Source: a virus
Lineage: Duplodnaviria; Caudoviricetes
DNA length: 64,000 nucleotides
IMG/VR virus record: IMGVR_UViG_3300033067_001807
Coordinates: 1-64,000 of that record
Strand: one strand, 5' to 3'
Both the position numbers and the translations under genes were made by a program. The notes under the pieces were generated by a model. The model ran no database searches. It was not told the DNA's origin and saw only the letters and a list, made by a program, of their open reading frames with translations. How positions within the stretch are numbered: the stretch's first letter is position 1; the number at the start of each line of letters is the position of its first letter. This document shows, piece by piece, positions 8,515-18,067 of the stretch.

Positions 8515-9635
8515 AGGTGGTATGCATCAAGTTTTGAGTCCGTAAAATATTCAACCAACTTATTTAAACATTTATTTTTAGTAAGCCATGCTGCTATAAC
8601 TAAGTCGTTTAAATCACCTATTTGTTTAGGATATTTATCTCTATTAATTTTATCAATACTCGCGAGATAGGTTTCCCAATCCCTTTCAATAGAAGTTTCT
8701 TTTAAAAACTTTTCCCATATAAATATCTTCCTACCTCTTTTTAGCTTCTCCATCATTTTCTTTTTACCGGTCGTATCGTTGTCAAACATATAACGGATGG
8801 TTGGAATCTCATCAAATTCTTCAGTTGATCGACCTGCGGTTGCAAGTCCAATTGAATTTGGAATAAACATAGAATCAATGGGACCCTCGAACATCGTTAC
8901 TTCTCTTTCAAAATCAACCATCATAACGTTAAATAATGTCGAAACCTTCTTTGCACTTATAAGTTCTTCTTCAGATATTACAAGTTCTTTTTTTGCCTCT
9001 TCGTATATTTTTTCAATATCGTATGTCAGGTATCTTGAATTTGCCCTTTTAACAAGTGATCGAGTTTGAAATCCTATTATTTTTTCCTTTGGCGCTAAAT
9101 TTAAAACAACTATCCTTTTGTCCTTTGGAGAATACATAAATCGATCGAGCTTATTTGACAATAATCTATTTCTTAAATAAAAGAATGCTGGATCTCCTGG
9201 TTGAATTTCATGAAAATCAAACCATTCCTTAATTTCAGTTCGAGTCGGGGCTAAATCATGCACCAGCTTAAATACATCATGTTCTAAAACTTCAACATGA
9301 TTTGTTTCTAATTTATGTTCCTGTATGTAATCAATTACTTGAATAGAATCATCTGTACTTTGAAATTTTACATGATGTTCCTTAAGAAGTTGATATGCAT
9401 TAGAGTGGGTGCTGCAATTAAAACAGTGATACTGTAATGTGTCCCAGTATAAATTTCCACGTTTCTTTTTATGGTCAGTTGTAGAGTCACCACAAAATGG
9501 GCATGCCATAGTAAGTCTACCTGGCATTTCCTTAATCATTTGTTTAGAAGGCTCGCTATGTGCTTGTACAATAACTTGCTTTACTAAACTTCTGATTTTT
9601 GATTTTAATTCTTCTGTGATTTTTTGACCTGTCAT
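8511..9635 (-). CDS. gp61: T4 gp61-like DNA primase
   Basis: CPFCGD...HCFNC zinc finger; TOPRIM FEGPIDSMF and FDND. Start moved to ATG 9635. Confidence 0.88.
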   Translation of the reverse strand: MTGQKITEELKSKIRSLVKQVIVQAHSEPSKQMIKEMPGRLTMACPFCGDSTTDHKKKRGNLYWDTLQYHCFNCSTHSNAYQLLKEHHVKFQSTDDSIQVIDYIQEHKLETNHVEVLEHDVFKLVHDLAPTRTEIKEWFDFHEIQPGDPAFFYLRNRLLSNKLDRFMYSPKDKRIVVLNLAPKEKIIGFQTRSLVKRANSRYLTYDIEKIYEEAKKELVISEEELISAKKVSTLFNVMMVDFEREVTMFEGPIDSMFIPNSIGLATAGRSTEEFDEIPTIRYMFDNDTTGKKKMMEKLKRGRKIFIWEKFLKETSIERDWETYLASIDKINRDKYPKQIGDLNDLVIAAWLTKNKCLNKLVEYFTDSKLDAYHL

Positions 9636-9639
9636 ATAT

Positions 9640-9668
9640 ATTATATAGTAAAAAAGGGTCAAGTTTAC
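9640..9668 (-). promoter_or_regulatory. Class A promoter GTAAAC-N15-TATATAAT (primase)
   Basis: One of seven exact AAAC-N15-TATATAAT copies. Confidence 0.7.
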
Positions 9669-9680
9669 ACCTGACCCTTT
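9653..9680 (-). terminator. Intrinsic terminator after gp32; loop carries the AAAC box of the primase promoter
   Basis: AAAGGGTCA / TGACCCTTT 9-bp stem followed by a T-run on the minus strand. Confidence 0.7.
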
Positions 9681-9699
9681 AAATTTATATATGTTTCAA

Positions 9700-10620
9700 T
9701 TAAACTCCTAAATCGTTTAAGAAATCATCTAAATCGTCCGAGTCGCTTGCTCCCGATGGAGATGATACCATTTCACTTGGAAATTCAAAATCAGATGCAG
9801 ATTCAGTAACGCTTTCAGTTTTAGCCGCTGGTCTTTTAGTTGCTGGTTTTGAAATTACAGAATCCATAGAGTCTCCTGGATTTAAATAGTTTCTTAAGAT
9901 ACTATTCACAAAATCTCTAGTTTCTTCATCCCATGCCTTGTATTCATAAGGTTCTAAGCTTGGAGCTGAGTCTAACTCAGATTTAATAGAAGCCATAACT
10001 TCTTTGGTTCTCTCTGCTGGAGATCCACCCATGTCAATAGCGCTAGTTGAAGATGAGAATTTAGATTTATCGTAGTTATTAAAATCTCCTTGGCGAGTAA
10101 TAATTAACTCAAAGTTTTTACCTGCAAATAGGTCAAATACTTGAGTTGGTTCACCAAACGCCGGTTTTAATTCTTCATCAATTTTTTCTTTGATTTTATA
10201 ACCAAATTTAAAAATCTTATATTGTCCTTCTAAATCTGGGTTTTGAGGATCTTTGATAACTTTTACTAGAGCGAAGTATTGCTCACGTCTTTTAAGTTTA
10301 TCACTCATTTTACGGTCAACTGCTGAATCACTTTTACGTAATTTGAAAAATACATCTGCAATTGGGCATTTTTCACCAACAGTTGAAGGTGAGTCTACCA
10401 TTTTACCATCACCGTTTGCATTTGTCAACCAGTGTACGTATTTTTTTACTAAAGAGTTTCTTGGATTTGCTGGATTTGGAACGAATCTAATGATTGCTTT
10501 GTAAGTTCCATCTTTACCATCATCAGCGGTTGGTTTGTAAAGGTCACTTCCTGAAGAAGCTTGTGTTTCATGTGTGTCTACGTCTGCCACACCTAAGTTA
10601 AAAATGTCAAAATCTGCCAT
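9700..10620 (-). CDS. gp32: T4 gp32-like single-stranded DNA-binding protein
   Basis: YKAIIRFVP, CPI, FKFGYKI and YDKSKF motifs; acidic tail DDLDDFLNDL. Confidence 0.92.
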   Translation of the reverse strand: MADFDIFNLGVADVDTHETQASSGSDLYKPTADDGKDGTYKAIIRFVPNPANPRNSLVKKYVHWLTNANGDGKMVDSPSTVGEKCPIADVFFKLRKSDSAVDRKMSDKLKRREQYFALVKVIKDPQNPDLEGQYKIFKFGYKIKEKIDEELKPAFGEPTQVFDLFAGKNFELIITRQGDFNNYDKSKFSSSTSAIDMGGSPAERTKEVMASIKSELDSAPSLEPYEYKAWDEETRDFVNSILRNYLNPGDSMDSVISKPATKRPAAKTESVTESASDFEFPSEMVSSPSGASDSDDLDDFLNDLGV

Positions 10621-10670
10621 GTCTTAAATACTTTAATTTTTTGTTAATACTTTAAATTGTTTATCTGTTA

Positions 10671-10699
10671 ATTATATAATAATTCTTAAAAATGTTTCA
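10671..10699 (-). promoter_or_regulatory. Class A promoter TGAAAC-N15-TATATAAT (gp32)
   Basis: Exact motif and spacing upstream of gp32. Confidence 0.7.
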
Positions 10700-10700
10700 G

Positions 10701-10874
10701 TTACATTGTTAAAATAGCACCAGAATCATCTCTGTATGTGTTATCTTTAATCTTTGTAAGACCTGATTTTGCAAGTAGGAATTCCATTTCTTCTGTTGAA
10801 AGCTTTCCTAACTTTACTAATTTGTTTAAACTTCTGTGTAATTCAAAATGTTCTGTACTGTTAAAATAATCCAC
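10701..10874 (-). CDS. Small hypothetical protein (57 aa, GTG start); not in ORF track
   Basis: Open frame VDYFNSTEHFELHRSLNKLVKLGKLSTEEMEFLLAKSGLTKIKDNTYRDDSGAILTM, with its own class A promoter at 10902-10930. Confidence 0.55.
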   Translation of the reverse strand: MDYFNSTEHFELHRSLNKLVKLGKLSTEEMEFLLAKSGLTKIKDNTYRDDSGAILTM

Positions 10875-10901
10875 TTTAATACTTTTAATGTTACTATATT
10901 G

Positions 10902-10930
10902 ATTATATATCTCTATTTATTTTGGTTTCA
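10902..10930 (-). promoter_or_regulatory. Class A promoter TGAAAC-N15-TATATAAT
   Basis: Exact motif and spacing. Confidence 0.65.
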
Positions 10931-11030
10931 GAACTATTTTTAATTCTTTTTATAGGTACTTAGAAACTATTTTAATTTATTTTTAGTTTTTCTGAAACAA
11001 AACTTCACTAGTACAATATAACTTAAGTCT

Positions 11031-11687
11031 TTAAGCCTGAGGGTAAAATAAACTTCTTGCTAAATGATTTAAAAAATAAGCATCGACTAAATCATCCATT
11101 GGTTTAGGTATAGTTTTAACTACTCCAATGTTATCTTTACAGAATTTAAGAAGAGATGAGTTTTTAAGTTCTTCATCATTTAAAATGTTATCAAGAAATT
11201 TAACCCAAAGTTCATCTTTTTTCATGTTACCTTTTCCAGCATGTTTCTTAATAGTAGAAGGTGATATTGTCATCATTTCTAAGACTTCAAGTCTAGACAT
11301 CATTTCCATTTTTAAGATTGCTGCTCCAGCTGCCATGTCAATAATATTGTTAGTGCCTGCAGAAGAACCATAAGAAGAACCTTCAAACGCAATTACAAAA
11401 GGAGATTCATTACCTGTGATTTCTATAATCATATCGATAATGTCCTTCGCAGTTTGGGTATGTCTTTGGATTTTAATCATTTCACTTTTAGAATAAGCCT
11501 CATTGTTAGTCCAATCAGGTTGATGTGAAATTCTAGTGTCTTCAAGAAGATTAAGTTCTTCCTGTAAGATTTGTTCCTTTTTAGTTCCAGTCTTTGGTTT
11601 TAAATAACCTATAAAATTATATTTGTTATCTTTAAAAACGCAGATGCCTGGTGAGTTAAGTGAAAAGTCAATAGTTACAAAATTCAT
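11031..11687 (-). CDS. RuvC-like Holliday junction resolvase / RNase H-fold nuclease
   Basis: IDFSLNSPG, FEG, PSTIKKHAGKGN and DDLVDAY acidic triad. Start moved to MNFVT (11687). Confidence 0.8.
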   Translation of the reverse strand: MNFVTIDFSLNSPGICVFKDNKYNFIGYLKPKTGTKKEQILQEELNLLEDTRISHQPDWTNNEAYSKSEMIKIQRHTQTAKDIIDMIIEITGNESPFVIAFEGSSYGSSAGTNNIIDMAAGAAILKMEMMSRLEVLEMMTISPSTIKKHAGKGNMKKDELWVKFLDNILNDEELKNSSLLKFCKDNIGVVKTIPKPMDDLVDAYFLNHLARSLFYPQA

Positions 11688-11688
11688 A

Positions 11689-12057
11689 TTAGATTCTTTT
11701 ACCAAGAGCAGCACCTAAAGCAGCACCAACAAGTCTTGAGGTTAACATGTCATACATGATTCCATCTCTAATACCTAAAATATTTGCAACTGTCTTTCCA
11801 ACTGTCTTTCCAAGAGCAAATCCTGCAAGTCCACCGAATATACTTCCTAAAATACCTTCATTAGTTAATTCCTCATTGAAACGACTAACGTCATAAGATC
11901 CATCTTCCAATTGATATGTTGCAGTAAATTCATCAAGCGCAGCATTAACTTTAGCTTCAAGTTCATCGCTCCATTCGGTCTGTAGAGATTCATTTAATAT
12001 CTGTAACTCTGCTTCAGTAATATTTTGTTCGTTAATGTAATCTAAAAATGTTTTCAT
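11689..12057 (-). CDS. Small protein with capsid-targeting-like tag, acidic pro-region and C-terminal glycine-zipper helices
   Basis: MKTFLDYINE start; LTNE|GILGSIFGGLAGFALG...LVGAALGAALG; GATATATAA just upstream. Confidence 0.7.
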   Translation of the reverse strand: MKTFLDYINEQNITEAELQILNESLQTEWSDELEAKVNAALDEFTATYQLEDGSYDVSRFNEELTNEGILGSIFGGLAGFALGKTVGKTVANILGIRDGIMYDMLTSRLVGAALGAALGKRI

Positions 12058-12070
12058 AAGTTATATATCT

Positions 12071-12622
12071 TTAATCTATTTCTAATGCAATATTAAATTT
12101 ATTATAGTAGAAGTTTAAATCAAATGTTGTAAATTCAGCAATATTAGAACTCATATTAAGGTCAAGTTCTGAAATAGAATTTAAAATTGGTTTTTCAAAA
12201 ACTGCACTTATAATATGAATACCTTCTGCATCCATTATCTGTAATTTAATATCATCGATAAATGGTTTTCTAATCTGTTTTGAATAATAATACAGCAAAG
12301 TGTCTTGCATAATCCAATAATTGATGTAGCCATCTAAAAGTTGCATAGTAACTTTAAATTGTCTATCAATTGTATTTTGTATCGGAATAGAACCTCTGTG
12401 ATATGTGATAGTTCCATCATTTGGTGCTACCTCAATCGGATCAAACGTAATACCTGGTAAATTTACTCCCTGAATTGAATAGTTAATAAAATCAATTGGC
12501 TCAGTAATTAAATTGCCTGGCATTCTATTTAAATACTTACGGTATTTATCAGCAACCTCCTTAGGAATAAAAGTCCTTGGAAATTTAAAATTAAATAAGT
12601 TATTTCTGCTGTTTAAAATCAT
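12071..12622 (-). CDS. Tail-tube-fold protein (gp3 tail completion / gp19-like)
   Basis: SIQGVNLPGITF and terminal TTFDLNFYY resemble T4-like tube/terminator proteins. Confidence 0.55.
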   Translation of the reverse strand: MILNSRNNLFNFKFPRTFIPKEVADKYRKYLNRMPGNLITEPIDFINYSIQGVNLPGITFDPIEVAPNDGTITYHRGSIPIQNTIDRQFKVTMQLLDGYINYWIMQDTLLYYYSKQIRKPFIDDIKLQIMDAEGIHIISAVFEKPILNSISELDLNMSSNIAEFTTFDLNFYYNKFNIALEID

Positions 12623-14685
12623 TATATGATATTTACGTTTCCATAGTATAATAGCGATTCTGTACCACCATTTTTAATATTAATATAGAACTTGTCAGCA
12701 TATTGATTTGTATCTGATTGGTCAAATCTATTTGCAACGTCCTTTGTAACTTTAAAGAATATTTCGCCATTACCCATGTCAACACCTGGAAATGAAGGGT
12801 CATGTGAAATTCTTTGTTCTATTGTTCCACTTTTAATAATTAATACAAGGTCTTCAGAATTTACAAGACTAATTGCATTTAATACACCATCACCTGGTTT
12901 TGCAACTTTAAACTTAATAAAATTATCAGAAACCTTTGATAGTACAATAGTACCAACTCCTTCAACTTCATATTTAATATCGGCAGTCGCAGACACATCT
13001 ACTCCATCTACTGACATTTTTGTATTCGATGCAACAATTCCATAAGTGTCTAATGCAACTGGAACATATTTAGTTTCTCCTACCGTTGGTCTAATAGAAT
13101 TTACAAATTGATTTAATTCTCTATTAACCGATGTATTGGGTAATGTGTTATATACAATTGTTGGTGAAAAACTTGAATTTAAGTTTAACTTTAATAATTT
13201 TTTACCATATTTTTTAGGTTGACTATAGATTAATGAAGCAACCTTTAAAATCTGAGTATTATCTGTTTCATTGTAAATACGCATATTTACAGTTATTAAA
13301 AAGTTACTTGTTATTGAAGAATTCATAATAACTGGTCTAAACACTATTTCCTCATCAAACTGTGAAGTTTGCGTAAACGTATTTGTAAAAGTATTGACAT
13401 AATTAAGACCAATCTGTTCACTAACTTGTACTTCATAAAATATTGTTAAATCATCTCCAGAAGTTTGCATTTTTCCATTAATGTAACTTTCAAATTGAGA
13501 TTGGGAACCATCTTTAGTTCCATATATTTGAAAATAATCTCCATCGTCAGCATGCTTAATATTTACAGCTAAATCTACATATTCATCTTCCCGTGAAAGA
13601 ACAATTGATGTTCCTTCTGCTAAATTAATATAGTCATATCCATTTATAGTGATTACCTGACTTATTAATTTAAAATCAATCTCATAGTTTACTGAATTTA
13701 TAACAGCATCATTTGTATTTGCTTGGCCAAAGAAACTTTCTTGAAATTCAAGATTTTTAGTTGGTTCATACATATACACTAATGAAGGTACTTTAATTTC
13801 AATATATTTTGAATATGAAGTTTCTCCTAGTATAAATGGGTTTGGATTTTGAATTTCAAAGTTAGATGAATTTAAATAAACCAAAGAGTTAAAATAATTA
13901 TAAACACCTGATTTTCTTTTAACCTTTGTTTGAAATAAAAATCCATCATATCCTCTACCACTAAATGAATATCCTGTTCTTAGGTGTAATCGAATTGTGT
14001 CATACCAAACTGCATTTACCTCTTGGGTAGGCACAACTATTAAGTCATTGGACTTTGTTCCATTCCATTCAGTGGAATCTAAATAATTTAAAGAATTATT
14101 TAATAATGCCAGTGTGTTATCTATTTCAGTTGGAACTGCATAGTATCTTCCACTCTCACCAGGTGCTGTTTTTATGTCATTTCCTGTTTGAGCATGTGGT
14201 GTTGAAAATAATGAGCTTGCTCTATTTGAAACTTCGATCTGCCCTCCTATAAATTCCTTTCCAGCTAAATTTGTGTATTCATATCTGTAATTTCCATTAG
14301 TTGTAGGAGAATACACATATATTTGCCCGGTTATATATCCATTTCCTCCGGGAATATTAAAGCCATTAATATTATCGATACTTAGATCTGTTAAATCAAA
14401 CTTATATGTTTTACCATTTCTAAGTAATAATTGTCTACTTGCAAATCCATTTATAACAACGTATCCATTAGATATTGCAACCGTGAATTCAACAACATCA
14501 TCTCCAAGTTCATTAATTAAGAATCTGGAAGCACTATTATCTCCTTCAACTACATTTAAATATTTAAGTTGACTTCCATTGTTATCATTTTCAATCATTG
14601 CTTCATTTGCATTTGATTGGTCATGATAGATGAATTCCAATAATACATCTTCATCTATTCTTAAAAATCTTGATGATTTTGCCAT
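12622..14685 (-). CDS. Putative virion structural protein
   Basis: 687 aa, beta-rich, within the structural operon. Confidence 0.6.
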   Translation of the reverse strand: MAKSSRFLRIDEDVLLEFIYHDQSNANEAMIENDNNGSQLKYLNVVEGDNSASRFLINELGDDVVEFTVAISNGYVVINGFASRQLLLRNGKTYKFDLTDLSIDNINGFNIPGGNGYITGQIYVYSPTTNGNYRYEYTNLAGKEFIGGQIEVSNRASSLFSTPHAQTGNDIKTAPGESGRYYAVPTEIDNTLALLNNSLNYLDSTEWNGTKSNDLIVVPTQEVNAVWYDTIRLHLRTGYSFSGRGYDGFLFQTKVKRKSGVYNYFNSLVYLNSSNFEIQNPNPFILGETSYSKYIEIKVPSLVYMYEPTKNLEFQESFFGQANTNDAVINSVNYEIDFKLISQVITINGYDYINLAEGTSIVLSREDEYVDLAVNIKHADDGDYFQIYGTKDGSQSQFESYINGKMQTSGDDLTIFYEVQVSEQIGLNYVNTFTNTFTQTSQFDEEIVFRPVIMNSSITSNFLITVNMRIYNETDNTQILKVASLIYSQPKKYGKKLLKLNLNSSFSPTIVYNTLPNTSVNRELNQFVNSIRPTVGETKYVPVALDTYGIVASNTKMSVDGVDVSATADIKYEVEGVGTIVLSKVSDNFIKFKVAKPGDGVLNAISLVNSEDLVLIIKSGTIEQRISHDPSFPGVDMGNGEIFFKVTKDVANRFDQSDTNQYADKFYINIKNGGTESLLYYGNVNII

Positions 14686-14699
14686 TTCTTTATAATTTT

Positions 14700-15533
14700 T
14701 TAAAATCTAAGCCATTTTGGTGACCACATTAAACCGACGTTAATTGAAGGACCGAATCCTACAACTTGACCAGGTGTTAAATTAACTCCGTATCCTAATC
14801 CGATTCCAACAGACCAACCTGCTTTCTTTTCATTTTTTTGATTTAGTTTATCATTAACTAAATTAATATTTTCAATATTCGTAAATTCAATTCCAGGATA
14901 AGGCGATGTTATCTTTAAAGAATTAACTCCGTTTTCATTTAAAATTGCGGCTTTTAATTCAATACCTTGTTCAAAATCAAATCGACTGGAAGTAACTGAA
15001 AGACCATTTGTTTCTTTATTTCTTAAAACATCTAGGGTTCCATTAAATCTTCTCCAGTTATATTTATCCCAATTTTTATCATCATTAAATTTAATCGTTG
15101 ACGTAGAATCAGTTAATGTAACTACAGTACCCTTTGAATTAATAATTGAATCTTTAACTCTAATCTCAGTTCTTAATAGCGAATTTACATTTCTAATATC
15201 CTTTGCTAGATTAAGTGCTCTCTGATAATCTGCAATTGCTTTTTTATTATTTTCATTTAATGAATTAATGTCAAATTCATATGCTAATTTCTCAGCCACT
15301 AATTCACCATTTTTATTTTTTTCAAGTTCGATAGTATCTAAACTTGCTCTATAATTATTAAGTTCTCTATTAGCAACTATTTGGGTTTGTTTAATTTCTC
15401 TTTTTAAAGAAGCATTTGAATTACATTGTTGTAAAAACAATAAGATAAACACAATAAGACTGATGTAAAGAATATCAGTCTTAGTTAGTTTTAAATTTTT
15501 AATCCAATTTATTATTTTAGTGATGTATATCAT
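14700..15533 (-). CDS. Membrane-anchored coiled-coil protein with C-terminal amphipathic beta-hairpin (spanin-like candidate)
   Basis: N-terminal TM ILYISLIVFILLFL; coiled coil; GWSVGIGLGYGV...SINVGLMW; terminal Phe. Confidence 0.5.
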   Translation of the reverse strand: MIYITKIINWIKNLKLTKTDILYISLIVFILLFLQQCNSNASLKREIKQTQIVANRELNNYRASLDTIELEKNKNGELVAEKLAYEFDINSLNENNKKAIADYQRALNLAKDIRNVNSLLRTEIRVKDSIINSKGTVVTLTDSTSTIKFNDDKNWDKYNWRRFNGTLDVLRNKETNGLSVTSSRFDFEQGIELKAAILNENGVNSLKITSPYPGIEFTNIENINLVNDKLNQKNEKKAGWSVGIGLGYGVNLTPGQVVGFGPSINVGLMWSPKWLRF

Positions 15534-15554
15534 TTTATTTAATTATTGTGTCTA

Positions 15555-18029
15555 CTATTGAATTGCCTCTGGCGTTCCAGGTGGAGTTGGTGTAAATGGG
15601 TCTGGATTTGGGTTCAATGGACCTGTACCACCACTTCCGCCGCTTCCGCTAGGAGGTGTTATTATTGCTACTGGAGATACGTATGGTGTTGCTGCTGAAT
15701 TTTGAAAATTCATAACAAGATTTAACGTCATAGCATTCGTATCGATAAAGGCGCTTGGTTTAAATCCAATTGGATTTCCTTGTGTATAATTATAAATACC
15801 AGCAGCTAGCCACTCACTAGCTTGAACACCATTTAAATAGGCAGCATATGCACTAAGCATGTTAGGTATTGTATCATGCTGTATTTGATAATTTATAGTT
15901 GTACTATAAATACCTAATACTATATATTGACCAACAACTGGAGTTCCAGATACCGACCATGTTTGTGTTCTATCTATTTGTGTTCCACCTGTAAATACTA
16001 AAGGTATTGCAACCGCACCTGCTTTGATTTCAAAATTTATAGTTGAACTTCCACCCGGATTAAGTACACCTAAATTATTATCTTTAATAATATAATCTAA
16101 TACAGTACCATTTCCATTTACATCAGTTACTGAATATTCTGTAATATTAGCACCATTCGTAATATTTCGCAGCTCAATCATCCCAAGTCCAACAGTATCG
16201 AAATAATATCCAGCATTAGCAGCGACTCTATATTTTATGTATCTTATAGTTCCTGTATCAGCAGTAACTTGTAAATTTGTAGTTTGAGTACCTGCTGAAT
16301 TTGGATCTGTTCCTAAATCAAAGACAGTAACAACACTTCCATTAATAACATCATCAATTATCGGATATGACGTGGGTGTTGGGTATGTGACTGTTGAAAC
16401 TGGTATTGGTATTAAAATTCCTGCAAAATTTGCATTTAATGTTGCAATAGTTCCATTAACAGGTTGTGCATTTACTGGAACTGAAACGTTTATTACAGTA
16501 TATCTTGGGCCTGAACCACTGAATGAAGTACTTGGATTTCCTAAATATGAATTTCCTCCATTTCCTATAACCGGTAAGCTACTCCAGTAATATCCTGAAG
16601 GTGCTGTAATTTGGAATGAAGGAGAATATGAACCGCCTTGTGTATATACTCCATTTCCTAAAGTATAAGGATTTGGTGAAACAATACCCGCAGCATCTTG
16701 TATTTTAAAGGTAACTGTTGTATTTGGTGCCTGATCTACTCCCTTGTCTTTCCAATATAGGTTTGATTTTCCTAAGTAAATAATTTGAGGTAGCCTTTTA
16801 ATCTTATATGTTGTCCCTGATGTTGTATTAATGTCAACATCGTTTGATTGAACCGATGAACTAATATTATACACTCCACCTGAACTGTATGTAGCAGTCA
16901 TTGAAGCGTCTGCACCACCTATTAAGTTAATAACATTGTTGACAACTGTTCTACTTCCTTGACTATTAATATCTATGGAAGCTTGATTATCGTCAATTGT
17001 GTATGAAAAAGTATTTAAATCTGGAAGAGTATATTGTTGCCCCGTTACGTCATCAATCCATGTTTTACCATTACAAATATACCAACCCTCATAATCTCCA
17101 ATACCGGAACCTACTCTTATTTTTATAGGGTCATTAATAGTGTATGGCGGTTGATTTAAATTTATAACCTCGCTATTTAAAAATCTGTTTGAATCTGCAA
17201 AAACTCCAGGCAATATTGAGATAATAGTCCCATAAGGTACAGTACCTCCAAGTTCTTGAATACTCTTAAAAACAACTTGTCCACCTGCATCTAATGAAGT
17301 TGCTATTTTATTTAAACCAGCACCTGCATTTTCAATATACAGTTCTTGATTTATTTTTACGCGAGAGTTAAATTGAGATTCTCTATTAAATTGAATAAGA
17401 TTCGAACCTATTGAAATTATATTAGAACCAGTAATATTACTTTTAAAAATGTGATTTTCAGCACTCCATATAATTCTAGTTGGATTGTCTAGGCCTGATT
17501 CGGCAAACGTCATTCTAAACGTAGTCTTATTAGATGCCTGGTCATAGTTAATAATAAAGTCAAACCAGTTGTTTTGAACATTACTACTTCTAAACCTTAG
17601 ATTTGAATAAAAATGATTTTTTCTATTGATTATCCACTGATATGGTGCCTGTCCATTCGATATATTTTGGTGCACTCCATATTCTGGATCTGTTGATAAA
17701 AATCCAACAGCAATTACAGGTGGATTTAAAGAAAATGGTGATGGTTTTGGAAATAAAGTGTCAGTAGTTAATGAATTAATATTACCTATTACTCTTGTCC
17801 AAAATGATTCTATTTCTTCTGCGTCTGCACCAGTTGGACCTTGAGGACCTGTAACTCCTTGAAATCCACGAGGACCCATAACTCCCTGAAATCCAGTATC
17901 TCCCTTTGGACCAGTAGGTCCTTGTGGACCTCCACCGTTAACAACCAACTGATCAAAGTTATAGTTAACCTTGTCCAATTTTATATTATCGCCATCAGAA
18001 ATATTAATTTGTTTTAAATTAATTGCCAT
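15555..18029 (-). CDS. Tail fibre / baseplate fibre with short collagen segment and tail-collar-like domain
   Basis: N-terminal ...KVNYNFDQL; G-X-Y run; PYGTIISI...GWYICNG...LPDL. Confidence 0.65.
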   Translation of the reverse strand: MAINLKQINISDGDNIKLDKVNYNFDQLVVNGGGPQGPTGPKGDTGFQGVMGPRGFQGVTGPQGPTGADAEEIESFWTRVIGNINSLTTDTLFPKPSPFSLNPPVIAVGFLSTDPEYGVHQNISNGQAPYQWIINRKNHFYSNLRFRSSNVQNNWFDFIINYDQASNKTTFRMTFAESGLDNPTRIIWSAENHIFKSNITGSNIISIGSNLIQFNRESQFNSRVKINQELYIENAGAGLNKIATSLDAGGQVVFKSIQELGGTVPYGTIISILPGVFADSNRFLNSEVINLNQPPYTINDPIKIRVGSGIGDYEGWYICNGKTWIDDVTGQQYTLPDLNTFSYTIDDNQASIDINSQGSRTVVNNVINLIGGADASMTATYSSGGVYNISSSVQSNDVDINTTSGTTYKIKRLPQIIYLGKSNLYWKDKGVDQAPNTTVTFKIQDAAGIVSPNPYTLGNGVYTQGGSYSPSFQITAPSGYYWSSLPVIGNGGNSYLGNPSTSFSGSGPRYTVINVSVPVNAQPVNGTIATLNANFAGILIPIPVSTVTYPTPTSYPIIDDVINGSVVTVFDLGTDPNSAGTQTTNLQVTADTGTIRYIKYRVAANAGYYFDTVGLGMIELRNITNGANITEYSVTDVNGNGTVLDYIIKDNNLGVLNPGGSSTINFEIKAGAVAIPLVFTGGTQIDRTQTWSVSGTPVVGQYIVLGIYSTTINYQIQHDTIPNMLSAYAAYLNGVQASEWLAAGIYNYTQGNPIGFKPSAFIDTNAMTLNLVMNFQNSAATPYVSPVAIITPPSGSGGSGGTGPLNPNPDPFTPTPPGTPEAIQ

Positions 18030-18067
18030 TCTTTATATCTTAATTTATTTTATATATATTCATTTTA

